From positions 1 to 46,583 of the forward strand of contig CAMBHS010000003.1 in the NCBI GenBank assembly GCA_945867235.1: a stretch of DNA of 46,583 nucleotides. The letters are read 5' to 3'. Both the position numbers and the translations under genes were made by a program. A model generated the notes under the pieces. That model was not told where the DNA came from and ran no database searches. It saw nothing but the letters and a program-made list of their open reading frames with translations. This stretch comes from Akkermansia muciniphila (GTDB lineage Bacteria; Verrucomicrobiota; Verrucomicrobiia; Limisphaerales; SXQI01). Positions 31,001 through 39,503 of this stretch are shown here, piece after piece. Position 1 is the stretch's first letter. Every line of letters begins with the position of its first letter.

Positions 31001-33049
31001 CCGAGCGAGCGGATTGAGAACCGGTCTGTCCGTGCTGGTCCAACTTTGGTCGACGTAGATGGGAATTCGCAGCCTGACATTTTATTGCCGTTATTGGGGT
31101 ATTCCAATCTCGCGTTGCGTGAGAATAGCGAGGCCTACCTAGGAGGGATACAAGCCTGGAACCACGAGGGGATACCGATAAAACTGCATTCAAATTCGGG
31201 ATCACACTTATTTCCCATCGAATCCAATACCTCAGGTGTCTATCATAAATCCTCACCGATTATCGCCACCGATATGGAAGGTGATGGCAACCTAAACCTT
31301 CTCGCTGTTTCCATCAATGACCGCACCTATGCGTCTAAACCCAATGAATCGGGTCTGAAACAAAGACACCAAATTTACGCATGGCAATTATCCAGCACAT
31401 TCTCGCCAGCGAATGCTCCTTGGCCGAGCCTAGGAAATAATCCTCAGATGACTGGAAAAGCTCCTGCTTCTCTTGTCAGACCCGCCCGTCCACTTCCAAC
31501 GATGCGAAGACTCGGTAACGAGGACACACCGCTCGCCATTGACATCGCTGGTTTCATCCAAGGGGACATTACTCGAGCCATTGCTGGCAACCCTGGAAAC
31601 CTCATTTCAATACCTTCGCCAACAACGGTGCTTTTTCAGCCTCAAACAAATTTCAACGGATCAGAAAATATCCACGTGGATACACTCAGCCCCGATGGAA
31701 TCACCCATTCCATGGAGATTGAGTTGCTGATTCAACCCCGCAACGATGCTCCCCAGGGAACTCCAATCCATTTCACTTTCAACAAGAATAAGCCGGCCAC
31801 GGTTTTTTACGCCGCAACCGATCCCGATGGCGATCCTCTAACCTATCGAATCACCCGGGCACCCTTGCACGGTTCGGTCCTGAATTACCCATCGATCGCC
31901 ACCTACACACCTCACTTTAATTTCAGCGGTAAGGATTTTCTTATCTATGTGGCGAACGACGGAAGAATCGACAGCGAACCCATCTTGGTCTCCTTCCATG
32001 TCACCGCGACCAATAATGCGCCACAGGTTGTGAACTTCACGCGCACGACGGCAACCAATCAAACCACCGAGATTGAATTCTCTGGAACGGATGCCGATGC
32101 CAATCCTCTCGAGTTTGAAATTTTAAGCCAGCCGACTCAAGGGACGTTGCAACTTGAAGGTGACGTATGGCACTACAAGCCTTTCATCGGTTTTTCGGGG
32201 AAGGATTCCTTCAACTATCGAGCGTTCGATGGCTATAGTTATAGCCCCTCCGCCCGCGTCACCCTCGTTGTGACAACCAAAAACACGTCACCAACCGCCC
32301 TGTCTTCAGATTTTAATACGTCAAAGAATGTTCCATTGATATTAGCTCTCAAAGCGACAGACCCAGAGTCGAATCCTATAAGGAATGTGATCCAAATGGA
32401 ACCGATCCACGGCAGTATTTCGACCAATAATCAGCGATGGACTTATACGCCCCATCTGGATTTTATTGGGCGCGATCGTTTCAGTTTCACGGCGCAGGAT
32501 GGATCGCTGACGAGTGCTCCTGTGTTTGCCACGATCACCGTAATCCAGACCAACACAGCTCCACTGTCAATTCCTGCGACCTATACTCTGACAAATGCCC
32601 TTCCCTACCCCATTCGTTTGCCGGTAGTGGATGCGGAGCAGACACCCCTGACCGCGACCATTCTAAAAGGACCGACTCATGGTCAACTTTTTGGGACAGG
32701 TCTCGATTGGGTGTATCATCCGGATCCCGATTACTCCGGTGTGGACACATTTACTTTTAAAGCATGGGATGGTCAGACCTACGGGGATATTTCCACTATC
32801 ACCATTCAACGAATCGACCCGTCCGCTCCCCTGCCCTTGGCGATCACCACGGTGCATTTGCAGGAGGCGGAAAAAAGCTTAACGATGCAAATTACTGTGC
32901 CTAGCCTTCGATTGATTCGCGTTGAAGGTTCGCATGATTTCGAAACCTGGCTCCCATTGAAAGAGGTGGTCCCGACCCATGTGACCTTTGAACTGACGAT
33001 CCCAATTCCTCCCGAAGCCCCATCCTTTTTTCGTCTTGTAGCTCCTTGA
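28022..33049 (+). CDS. Large secreted S8 (subtilisin) protease with FG-GAP/VCBS-like repeats and tandem Ig-like (Big_9/cadherin-like) domains
   Basis: Triad VIDTG, HGTHVSG, GTSMSTP; oxyanion AAAGN; about six D(L/V)DGDG-type motifs; NDAP/NNAP/NTSP/NTAP-linked repeats with GxDxFxY/F..DG. Likely start at ATG 28097. Confidence 0.9.
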   Translation: MAETFFMSSTMPISVIFNLTERIRLMLRVFLRGLCLGSFFLTHGMVAEGVAKPLGGAIHGNEVLVRMHTSSRTAQSLTPSFPGAISARRLLSGTVANLNAAADQDQLRHELYLLQLRPGLDARSVAAELARRSDVVYAEPNLRIQLDTLTDGMSRKIPNDFDFSAQLSLQNTNYYFGKLGADIAAPQAWMFATGSRDVRVAVIDTGIDYLHPDLAANIWINRKEIPGNGLDDDGNGHVDDVHGYDFVSHDSDPMDDHFHGTHVSGIIGAVGNNGIGISGVCWEVSMMAVKAFDETGSGNVANAIEAIDYARKNGAQIINASWGLDEKSRALEDAIQEARAAGVIVVAAAGNSHTSNLRYPAALAGVIAVASVSPMNEKSFFSNFGTNVFVAAPGQDIFSTTLNGGYQSFSGTSMSTPHVSGVAALVLSLHPDFTRSDLENILRNSVDPVAPESGIGGRINTTLAVAAHPTAPPIPHLELPSTMVGSIIIHMGAAVSKPFQGVLEVGSGLNPNQWETLTNIGLTSVNLSHSVTVDSTRLMEGTNTFRLSLSSPLTNGLIQTVSTKATSTIANTTILSPQNSDILRHGEVIQILGTAFGAEAQVTLEVGEGIVPTHWSTQGITFHPRGKEGWINAPLAQWDTSTLAADRYYSLRLTSFNSRVGTSQTNPVALLFLDSLLKKGWPQAVNVRGTVSDEDWRTLQVADLDSDGRKEIILVTNGSDQPPRLMVLQADGSQLWERELPPDGYGADTPVVGDLDGDKKPEIIVESGSSLFAFHGDGSSVAGSWPIRIELGRTGKVIAPLREDGTNFLITLSNMAANRQNQDVADVCVYNGAGQRLRSWEVPICFGTNNVMRQSPAVADLLPEIQGLEIIVPGGCGGLSCYNFDSSPNLVWNSLTPATFLISPVVGDLDGDGSLEIVIGSVKTDAPASGGLYVFDAQGKKWPFYPILRDESFETPLALGDVLGDGRLCIAAVGSASRRIHLIESDGFEVPGWPSERIENRSVRAGPTLVDVDGNSQPDILLPLLGYSNLALRENSEAYLGGIQAWNHEGIPIKLHSNSGSHLFPIESNTSGVYHKSSPIIATDMEGDGNLNLLAVSINDRTYASKPNESGLKQRHQIYAWQLSSTFSPANAPWPSLGNNPQMTGKAPASLVRPARPLPTMRRLGNEDTPLAIDIAGFIQGDITRAIAGNPGNLISIPSPTTVLFQPQTNFNGSENIHVDTLSPDGITHSMEIELLIQPRNDAPQGTPIHFTFNKNKPATVFYAATDPDGDPLTYRITRAPLHGSVLNYPSIATYTPHFNFSGKDFLIYVANDGRIDSEPILVSFHVTATNNAPQVVNFTRTTATNQTTEIEFSGTDADANPLEFEILSQPTQGTLQLEGDVWHYKPFIGFSGKDSFNYRAFDGYSYSPSARVTLVVTTKNTSPTALSSDFNTSKNVPLILALKATDPESNPIRNVIQMEPIHGSISTNNQRWTYTPHLDFIGRDRFSFTAQDGSLTSAPVFATITVIQTNTAPLSIPATYTLTNALPYPIRLPVVDAEQTPLTATILKGPTHGQLFGTGLDWVYHPDPDYSGVDTFTFKAWDGQTYGDISTITIQRIDPSAPLPLAITTVHLQEAEKSLTMQITVPSLRLIRVEGSHDFETWLPLKEVVPTHVTFELTIPIPPEAPSFFRLVAP

Positions 33050-33090
33050 TTTTCCTAGAGAATTTTACGCTATTTACAAACGGTCTGGGC

Positions 33091-33118
33091 TTGCCTCTGG
33101 GCTTCCTGCGCATAGGTT
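33091..33118 (+). promoter_or_regulatory. Putative sigma70 promoter (leaderless-type) for the LbH gene
   Basis: TTGCCT, 16-bp spacer, TAGGTT; ATG 33125 begins 7 nt after the -10 box. Confidence 0.45.
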
Positions 33119-33124
33119 ATCCCC

Positions 33125-33811
33125 ATGTTTAAACCTTCCGACTTGTTTGATCTGACCCAAACAGACCATGCGGCTTTATTCGAGGGTTGCGAGGATGCTT
33201 GGGACACCTTGAAGCGTTTAAAAGAATACATTCAAATCCATTTAAAACCGGGTTTGCACCATCGATCGGAAGGGCAACCTTTTATCGGTTCCTTGGTGTT
33301 CATTGGGGAAGGAACCGTGGTCGAGCACGGCGCGATGATCAAGGGACCAGCGATCATTGGACGCAATTGCCAGATACGGCACAATGCCTATATCCGTGAG
33401 AATGTCATCGTGGGGGATAACTGCGTTGTGGGTAATGCTTCTGAAATCAAACATTCCATGCTCTTCAACGGTGTGGTCGTTCCGCATTACAATTATGTGG
33501 GCGACTCGATACTGGGTCACAAGGCTCACCTTGGAGCGGGTGTCAAAATTTCAAACGTCAAACTTGTCCCCGGAAATGTTTACGTGGAAAAAGATGGAGT
33601 TCCGTTCGATACAGGATTGCGCAAGTTCGGAGCACTCATCGGGGACGAGGCGGATATCGGTTGCAACGCCGTCCTCAACCCTGGAACGGTCCTAGGACGA
33701 CATTCCGTCATTTACCCCAACATTAATTGGCGTGGAATTCTCCCCGACCATTTGATTGTCAAAAATACGGCGACGCAAGATGTTGTCATTCGTCGTCCTC
33801 GTAGCACCTGA
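33125..33811 (+). CDS. Hexapeptide-repeat (LbH) acyltransferase resembling the acetyltransferase half of archaeal-type GlmU
   Basis: IKGPAIIG, IRHNAYIR, VGNASEIKHS, HYNYVGDSILG, HLGAG, RKFGALIGD, IGCNAVLNPG; no NTP-transferase domain. Confidence 0.8.
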   Translation: MFKPSDLFDLTQTDHAALFEGCEDAWDTLKRLKEYIQIHLKPGLHHRSEGQPFIGSLVFIGEGTVVEHGAMIKGPAIIGRNCQIRHNAYIRENVIVGDNCVVGNASEIKHSMLFNGVVVPHYNYVGDSILGHKAHLGAGVKISNVKLVPGNVYVEKDGVPFDTGLRKFGALIGDEADIGCNAVLNPGTVLGRHSVIYPNINWRGILPDHLIVKNTATQDVVIRRPRST

Positions 33812-33832
33812 GCAGAGCCTCCTTCTCCTTGA

Positions 33833-35929
33833 ATGATTTCCACCCTCGATCCACAAACCTCCGACGGCGACCTTGTTACGCAGGTCGAAGAAATTTTCTC
33901 CGAGAATGGTCTTCTGTCCAAAGCAAATAATTTTGAGTATCGGTCGGAGCAACAGCAGATGGCGGTCGCGGTTGCGCGTGCACTACAACACCGACGCCAC
34001 CTTCTTGTCGAAGCCGGTACGGGTGTCGGCAAAAGCCTTGGTTACCTTATCCCCGCGATTCTTTTCAGTGTTGCGAATAAAAAAAAGGCAGTCATCTGTA
34101 CCAACACAATCAATCTGCAGGAACAACTGATCGGCAAGGACCTGCCGATGCTCTCCCAGGTGTTACCTGTGCGCTTCAGCTACGCCATGTTGAAGGGGCG
34201 AGGCAACTACCTTTGCACTCGTCGCCTACACAAAGCGTTTCTCCAAGCCGATAGCCTTTTCACCTCTCCAGAAATCGAGGAACTGAAACGGTTGATTGAT
34301 TGGTCAAAAAAAACGGAGGATGGAAGTCTCTCTGATTTTGAGATGGAGCCAGATATGAAAGTTTGGGCGCAAGTGTGTTCCGAACGCGGGCTCTGCTCCA
34401 CCAAACTCTGCGGGCACGGCTCGGAGTTTGCTGAACAATACAGCCCTTGTTTTTTCCAACGGGCACGCAGTCGTATTATGGCTGCTGATGTGTTGGTGCT
34501 GAATCACACGCTTTTTTTTACATTGCTCGGTTCCAGCGAGGATGAACTCGAACAGGGCATCCTGTTTAAAAACGATTTTGTAATTTTCGACGAGGCTCAC
34601 ACGGTGGAACAGGTGGCCTCACGCCATATCGGAACCTCTGTTTCGGGTGCACAGGTTCGGTTTGCCGTTCAACGTCTCTGGAATCCCACCACGAAAAAGG
34701 GATTGTTGGGGCTGTTACTCCAAGGTCAGACCACACACCAAGTCGAACAGTTGATTCTCAAGGCTCATCATTTTTTTGCCGAGATTGAGAAGGCTTGCGA
34801 CTCGTTATACCAGCAGCACACCAGCTCATGCCTTGTTCCGGATGCAGATCCAGGGTTCCATGCGACCCGTCAATGGAAGGAAATCCGGATCCGCCGACCG
34901 AACCTCACCCAAGATACAATCAGCTCCGCTTTACAAATCCTCCGTGAATCGATCAGCGAATTAATCAAATCCACCCAAGATAAGGACACAGGACAGGAAT
35001 TGCTTGAGGCAAATCGGCGTCTTGGAGAACTGCAGGACGGCATCAAGGTTTTTCTCAGCCATGACGAAGCTGATTTCGTGTATTGGGTGGAACGCTCTGG
35101 AAAGGCATTCAATAACCTGACGCTTCACACCGCTCCGATCGATGTCGCCAAATTCCTTCGGGCCCATCTTTTTATGGCGGACACCTCTGTCCTCATGACG
35201 AGTGCCACCCTATCCATGGACGCCCAACAAACCGGACCCGGATTGAAAGCCCGCGCCGGTCTTGGCTATTTCGCACGACGGGTAGGGGGAGCCGATGCCG
35301 ATCAACTCCAAGTCGGATCACCTTTCGACTACGAAAAACAGATGAAACTGTATGTGGTCAATAAAATGCCTGAGCCTCGGGATCCCAGTTTCCAACCTGA
35401 GCTTGCCCATTGGCTCCGTCATTTTATCCGCCTCACCCACGGCAAATCGATGGTTCTGTTTACGAACTACCGATTGATGCATGACATGGCTGAGGCACTC
35501 CAACCTTTTTTCGACGAACTGGGAATTGAGTGTCATGTTCAAGGCTCTGGCACGCCGCGAACATTGCTCCTTGAACGATTCAAGGCGGACATCGACTCCG
35601 TCCTTTTTGGCACCGATAGTTTTTGGCAGGGGGTGGATGTTCCTGGCGAAGCCCTTTCCAATGTCATCATTACCCGCCTCCCCTTCGCCGTTCCCGACCA
35701 TCCCTTGATTGAGGCACGGATCGAAAAAATCGAGGCAGAGGGAGGCAACGCGTTTTTCGACTTTTCGCTCCCCGAGGCTATTCTTAAATTCCGTCAAGGG
35801 GTGGGGCGACTGATTCGCACGAAAAGCGATTCCGGCATCGTGGTTGTTTTGGATAATCGCGTGGTGACCAAGCGTTACGGGCAATCCTTTTTGAAAGCAG
35901 TCCCCCTTTGTCCCGTCACTTTCGTGTAA
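33833..35929 (+). CDS. DinG/YoaA family ATP-dependent helicase (Fe-S type)
   Basis: YRSEQ (Q motif), EAGTGVGKS, KGRGNYLC, further Cys residues, NH, DEAH, TSATL, SPFDY, SFWQGVD, LPF, QGVGRLIR. Confidence 0.93.
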   Translation: MISTLDPQTSDGDLVTQVEEIFSENGLLSKANNFEYRSEQQQMAVAVARALQHRRHLLVEAGTGVGKSLGYLIPAILFSVANKKKAVICTNTINLQEQLIGKDLPMLSQVLPVRFSYAMLKGRGNYLCTRRLHKAFLQADSLFTSPEIEELKRLIDWSKKTEDGSLSDFEMEPDMKVWAQVCSERGLCSTKLCGHGSEFAEQYSPCFFQRARSRIMAADVLVLNHTLFFTLLGSSEDELEQGILFKNDFVIFDEAHTVEQVASRHIGTSVSGAQVRFAVQRLWNPTTKKGLLGLLLQGQTTHQVEQLILKAHHFFAEIEKACDSLYQQHTSSCLVPDADPGFHATRQWKEIRIRRPNLTQDTISSALQILRESISELIKSTQDKDTGQELLEANRRLGELQDGIKVFLSHDEADFVYWVERSGKAFNNLTLHTAPIDVAKFLRAHLFMADTSVLMTSATLSMDAQQTGPGLKARAGLGYFARRVGGADADQLQVGSPFDYEKQMKLYVVNKMPEPRDPSFQPELAHWLRHFIRLTHGKSMVLFTNYRLMHDMAEALQPFFDELGIECHVQGSGTPRTLLLERFKADIDSVLFGTDSFWQGVDVPGEALSNVIITRLPFAVPDHPLIEARIEKIEAEGGNAFFDFSLPEAILKFRQGVGRLIRTKSDSGIVVVLDNRVVTKRYGQSFLKAVPLCPVTFV

Positions 35930-36031
35930 CCGATCCCTGCGGACCGTGAGGACGCAGTTGGATAGATACTGCGGAAACGATAAAAAATAATGCAGCGGTT
36001 TTCCGGCGGGCAAACTCCGCAACTTTGCAGC

Positions 36032-36307
36032 CTAGGAATTCCGAATTTTCTCTTTTTTCTCCTCGAGATCAGCACTCAGATTTTTGCGGTCGCTGATGAG
36101 TTGCCTTTGAAATTGGGGGATGGGCTCGTAATCCCCTTTCGCCATGGCTTTCTGGATTTCGCCTTGGAGAAAGAGTTCGCGTTCGGCAATCTTTGCGGCG
36201 TAAAGGGAGTCGAGTTCGGCAAGTTCTTTTTTCTGGCGGGCACTGACTTTGGAGGCCGGAGATTTTTTATTAAGGCGTTCCATCGCCAGTTCGTAAGCGG
36301 ATTTCAT
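36032..36307 (-). CDS. Conserved hypothetical helical protein (MKSAYELAMERL-type), 91 aa
   Basis: ATG 36307 overlaps the Rieske stop (ATGA). Charged helical sequence. The upstream extension to 36421 overlaps the Rieske gene and is unlikely to be real. Confidence 0.7.
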   Translation of the reverse strand: MKSAYELAMERLNKKSPASKVSARQKKELAELDSLYAAKIAERELFLQGEIQKAMAKGDYEPIPQFQRQLISDRKNLSADLEEKKEKIRNS

Positions 36308-36627
36308 GGGTGGTGATTGAGTCGGATCTGGAGTTCGTTTCCTACGGTGCGCACTTCGTGGATGACGACAGGTTTGTGTGGGGCTTCGGTGCAGGCACCG
36401 GTGCGGAGATTGAAGGTCCAACCGTGCATCGGACAGGAGACCTGACCGTAAGCGCAGTTCCCTTGTGACAGCGGGGTTTTCTTATGGGGACATTCGTCGT
36501 CGATGGCGGACCATTCTCCCTGATGCAGAAAAACAGCCACGGAACGTCCGTGAACCACCACTTGCAATCCATGATCGGGGAGAATCTCGGACACCTGGGC
36601 GACGGTAACAAAAGCGGTGGTGGTCAC
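36304..36627 (-). CDS. Rieske [2Fe-2S] ferredoxin (NirD/dioxygenase-ferredoxin-like)
   Basis: CPH...CPMHGWTFNLRTG. Start placed at GTG 36627, which overlaps the TPR stop (GTGA). Confidence 0.9.
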   Translation of the reverse strand: MTTTAFVTVAQVSEILPDHGLQVVVHGRSVAVFLHQGEWSAIDDECPHKKTPLSQGNCAYGQVSCPMHGWTFNLRTGACTEAPHKPVVIHEVRTVGNELQIRLNHHP

Positions 36628-37064
36628 GGGGAAGGAGGGCTGTTTTTTTTCTTCCACGGTTGGTCGGGGAATTTGGCGGGAGGAACCATTTTAGGCTTGG
36701 CTATCTGGAGTTCAGGATCACCGGCTTCGCTGCTGCCAGGTGAAGGAACAGGAAGACGCCACGAGGCGATGCGTGCCTGAAGTCCGTGGTGTTCGGCTGT
36801 TTTTTTGTCGCCTGCCTTCATGTAAAACAGGGAGAGATTGGTATGAACCAATTGTTCGTGAGGTTTGAGTAATTCGGCTTTGTGACCTTCGGCGATGGAG
36901 AGCGGGTAATTGCCCAAACGATAATGCGCCATTCCCAAGGCTAGTTGAGAATCGAAATGGGCAGAATCCTCCGCGAGCACGGCTTGTAGCTTTTTGATAC
37001 AACCATCATAATCGGCACTGCTGAAATCAAACATAGCATCATCGTATTGGTCTTGGAGTGACAT
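36624..37064 (-). CDS. Small tetratricopeptide-repeat protein
   Basis: Helical repeats (LGMAHYRLGNYPLSI; LVHTNLSLFYMKAG) and a Pro-rich tail. Confidence 0.75.
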   Translation of the reverse strand: MSLQDQYDDAMFDFSSADYDGCIKKLQAVLAEDSAHFDSQLALGMAHYRLGNYPLSIAEGHKAELLKPHEQLVHTNLSLFYMKAGDKKTAEHHGLQARIASWRLPVPSPGSSEAGDPELQIAKPKMVPPAKFPDQPWKKKNSPPSP

Positions 37065-37140
37065 GTTGTGTTAGTATCCGTCAATGTGGCGTATGCGGTT
37101 CACTCTGCGTGAGTGGTCGCTAGGTTTAGCATATAAAACG

Positions 37141-37932
37141 ATGTCCTTGCCAATAAAGATTATTTCAACAGATTTTGACGGCACCTTGCATAGCGAAAAT
37201 GAGGTGCCACGTGTTCCCAAGCACCTGGAATTATTGATCGCACGACTGCAACACCAAGGCGTGGTCTGGGTGATCAATACGGGTCGCGACTTGAATCATT
37301 TGGAGGCGGGCTTGAGTCTGGCAGGAATGTCGATCCGACCGGACTACGTCGTGGTGGTAGAACGGGAGATTTACAAACATGTGGAGGGGCGTTGGGATAG
37401 CGTGGAAGCGTGGAACACAGAGTGCTCCCGGGCACATGAAATTTTATTTCAACAAGTGAAACGTTCCCTTCCCATCGTGGTTGCGGAGATCGAGAATCGA
37501 TTTCAAGTCACAATTTATGAAGATCGTTATTCGCCTTTGTGTTTTATTGCAGAGGATGTGGAAACCGCAGCCGAGATCCACAAATATTTGGATGGGGTTT
37601 TCCGTGACCTCCCTGAATTGACCGTGGTTCGGAACCATGTTTACGCGAGACTCAGCCACCGAGCCTACAATAAAGGCACTGCGCTCGCCGAACTCGGTCG
37701 TTTGTTAAATGTGTCACGAGATCATATCTTCGCGGCGGGGGATCATTTGAACGATCTGCCGATGCTCTCGAAAGATTATGCCCACTGGGTGGTCGCTCCA
37801 GCCAATGCCGTCCCGCTGGTTAAGGAAGCGGTGTTGCGCGAATCAGGTTGGGTGAGCGATTTGGATTGTGGTCATGGCGTCGCGTGGGGATTGGAACGCG
37901 CACTGGCAATGCACGGATTGACCTTTGAATAA
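37141..37932 (+). CDS. HAD superfamily IIB (Cof-like) hydrolase
   Basis: DFDGT (I), NTGR (II), NKG (III), GDHLND (IV). Start placed at ATG 37141. Confidence 0.88.
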   Translation: MSLPIKIISTDFDGTLHSENEVPRVPKHLELLIARLQHQGVVWVINTGRDLNHLEAGLSLAGMSIRPDYVVVVEREIYKHVEGRWDSVEAWNTECSRAHEILFQQVKRSLPIVVAEIENRFQVTIYEDRYSPLCFIAEDVETAAEIHKYLDGVFRDLPELTVVRNHVYARLSHRAYNKGTALAELGRLLNVSRDHIFAAGDHLNDLPMLSKDYAHWVVAPANAVPLVKEAVLRESGWVSDLDCGHGVAWGLERALAMHGLTFE

Positions 37933-37972
37933 CCTTAAAACACTGAGCACAAATCAAATGAAAAAAAACTCA

Positions 37973-38668
37973 ATGACACGAGTAGCCTGTTTTTATGATG
38001 GGTCCTACTTCGTCCGAGTCAGCAATTATTACAAACACTATCACCGACGGAATAGTTTTTTAAGTTTTGCAGGGTTTCATGATTTTGTCCGCCAGTGGAT
38101 TGCCCAGGAATATGACCTCATGGTGAATCACTGCCAGCTGGTGCAAAGTCATTTTTTCCGGGGTCGGTTTTCATTACAGGCAGCCAAGACGGCAAACGCG
38201 TTGGAGTCGGACCGTTATTTTGATCAACTGCTGATGTTTGCAGGGATCACCAGCCATTACTACCCCATGAATGAAGCGGTCAATCCGCCTCAGGAAAAAG
38301 GGATCGATGTTTGGATGGCATTGGAGGCGTATGATGTCGCATTACACAGCGGCTGCGATGTGATAGTGCTTTTTATAAGTGATCAGGACTTTTTGCCGTT
38401 AATCAGAAAACTGCACGGGATCGGGGTTCGAGCATTGGTGGTGGCTGTGGATATTCGATACACAGATACTGGCGGGCTAGACCGCTCGCTCGCGACATCC
38501 CAACAATTGGTGCAGGAGGCAACCCATGTTTTATGGCTGGATCAGGAGATCGAGGCATCAGACGATGGCAACTCCGATTCTGTGGATGGTTTGTTTGCGA
38601 TCCACCACAAAAACGTCTCCGCTAAAACCTCGATGAACCCATCAAAACCAAGCACGCTAGACCGTTAA
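37973..38668 (+). CDS. NYN-domain (LabA/DUF88, PIN-like) protein
   Basis: FYDGSY, QEKGIDV, SDQDFLP, GVR acidic active-site pattern. Alternative starts at 37925 and 37958. Confidence 0.82.
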   Translation: MTRVACFYDGSYFVRVSNYYKHYHRRNSFLSFAGFHDFVRQWIAQEYDLMVNHCQLVQSHFFRGRFSLQAAKTANALESDRYFDQLLMFAGITSHYYPMNEAVNPPQEKGIDVWMALEAYDVALHSGCDVIVLFISDQDFLPLIRKLHGIGVRALVVAVDIRYTDTGGLDRSLATSQQLVQEATHVLWLDQEIEASDDGNSDSVDGLFAIHHKNVSAKTSMNPSKPSTLDR

Positions 38669-38732
38669 AAAATGGGAACCTCACCCAGCCAAGTTTTTTG
38701 TGGCGAGATTAAGGAAACGAAAAAACTGAGGA

Positions 38733-39503
38733 CTATTCTTCGGAACGACCTGGAGATTCGCCACCGCGTTGGGTGATTTGTTGACCCCGATGCAGATTAT
38801 GGAGCGCATCCTTGAGCGTTTCGATTTCCTGCTCGGTCAACTCTTGATCGTGTTCAGCTTGGGAAAGCAAATTGCTGAGTTTTTCGAGCTCAGCCAAGAC
38901 GGATTCCAAATCACGCCGGATGCGTTCCACCTGCACACGGGCGTTGGAATAAAGTTGGGAAAGATGCCGAGAACGCTCCCGTGTCGCACGGTCTGACGGT
39001 TGATTGTGCTGTGGGCGTTGCTGTCGGTTTTCTTGGATTCGTCGATGCGGCTGACCCTCCGGTGCAGAATCACTCGGTTTTCTAGAAGCGTTACCTGCGG
39101 GAATGCCGGCTTCGATAGCAGACTTGGACGGAGAGTTGTCCTCAGGCGATTGTTCGCCGAGCGACGGAGGCGCGGATACTATTTCCAAGTTCCCTTGATC
39201 CGACGATTCAGAAGGGGGCTGAACCGATGATGGAGAGGATTCGGATTGCGCTGGGTGGGCACCGGGTCGCTGAGGGCGCGTTTCCCCGGGGGGGCGGCGA
39301 TCTCTTCCAAAACGGCGGCGAGGTGGTGGGCGTCGAAATCTTCTCCGCTGGTCGGCTTGGGATGGGGATCCGGCATTGTCTGACCCCGATGCAGGCATGC
39401 GTTCGGGAGCCGCCGAGGGAGGCGGCGGGACATCTTGGTGAGATGTAGCTCCGGGTTCGTTATCCACAATACGTAAGGTGCCGAGTTTTACATACGGGGT
39501 CAA
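38733..39503 (-). CDS. Hypothetical intrinsically disordered Pro/Ser/Arg-rich protein with C-terminal coiled coil (start uncertain)
   Basis: 256-codon ORF filling the gap between NYN and glcD; low-complexity N-terminal region, then a heptad-patterned helix. Confidence 0.6.
   Translation of the reverse strand: MTPYVKLGTLRIVDNEPGATSHQDVPPPPSAAPERMPASGSDNAGSPSQADQRRRFRRPPPRRRFGRDRRPPGETRPQRPGAHPAQSESSPSSVQPPSESSDQGNLEIVSAPPSLGEQSPEDNSPSKSAIEAGIPAGNASRKPSDSAPEGQPHRRIQENRQQRPQHNQPSDRATRERSRHLSQLYSNARVQVERIRRDLESVLAELEKLSNLLSQAEHDQELTEQEIETLKDALHNLHRGQQITQRGGESPGRSEE

Noticed and set aside
35318-36022. 234-aa antisense ORF
   Set aside because: Shadow of the DinG helicase; no recognisable motifs.
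36308-36421. N-terminal extension of the 129-aa ORF 36032-36421
   Set aside because: It overlaps the Rieske gene in another frame; the ATGA overlap at 36307 supports the shorter start.
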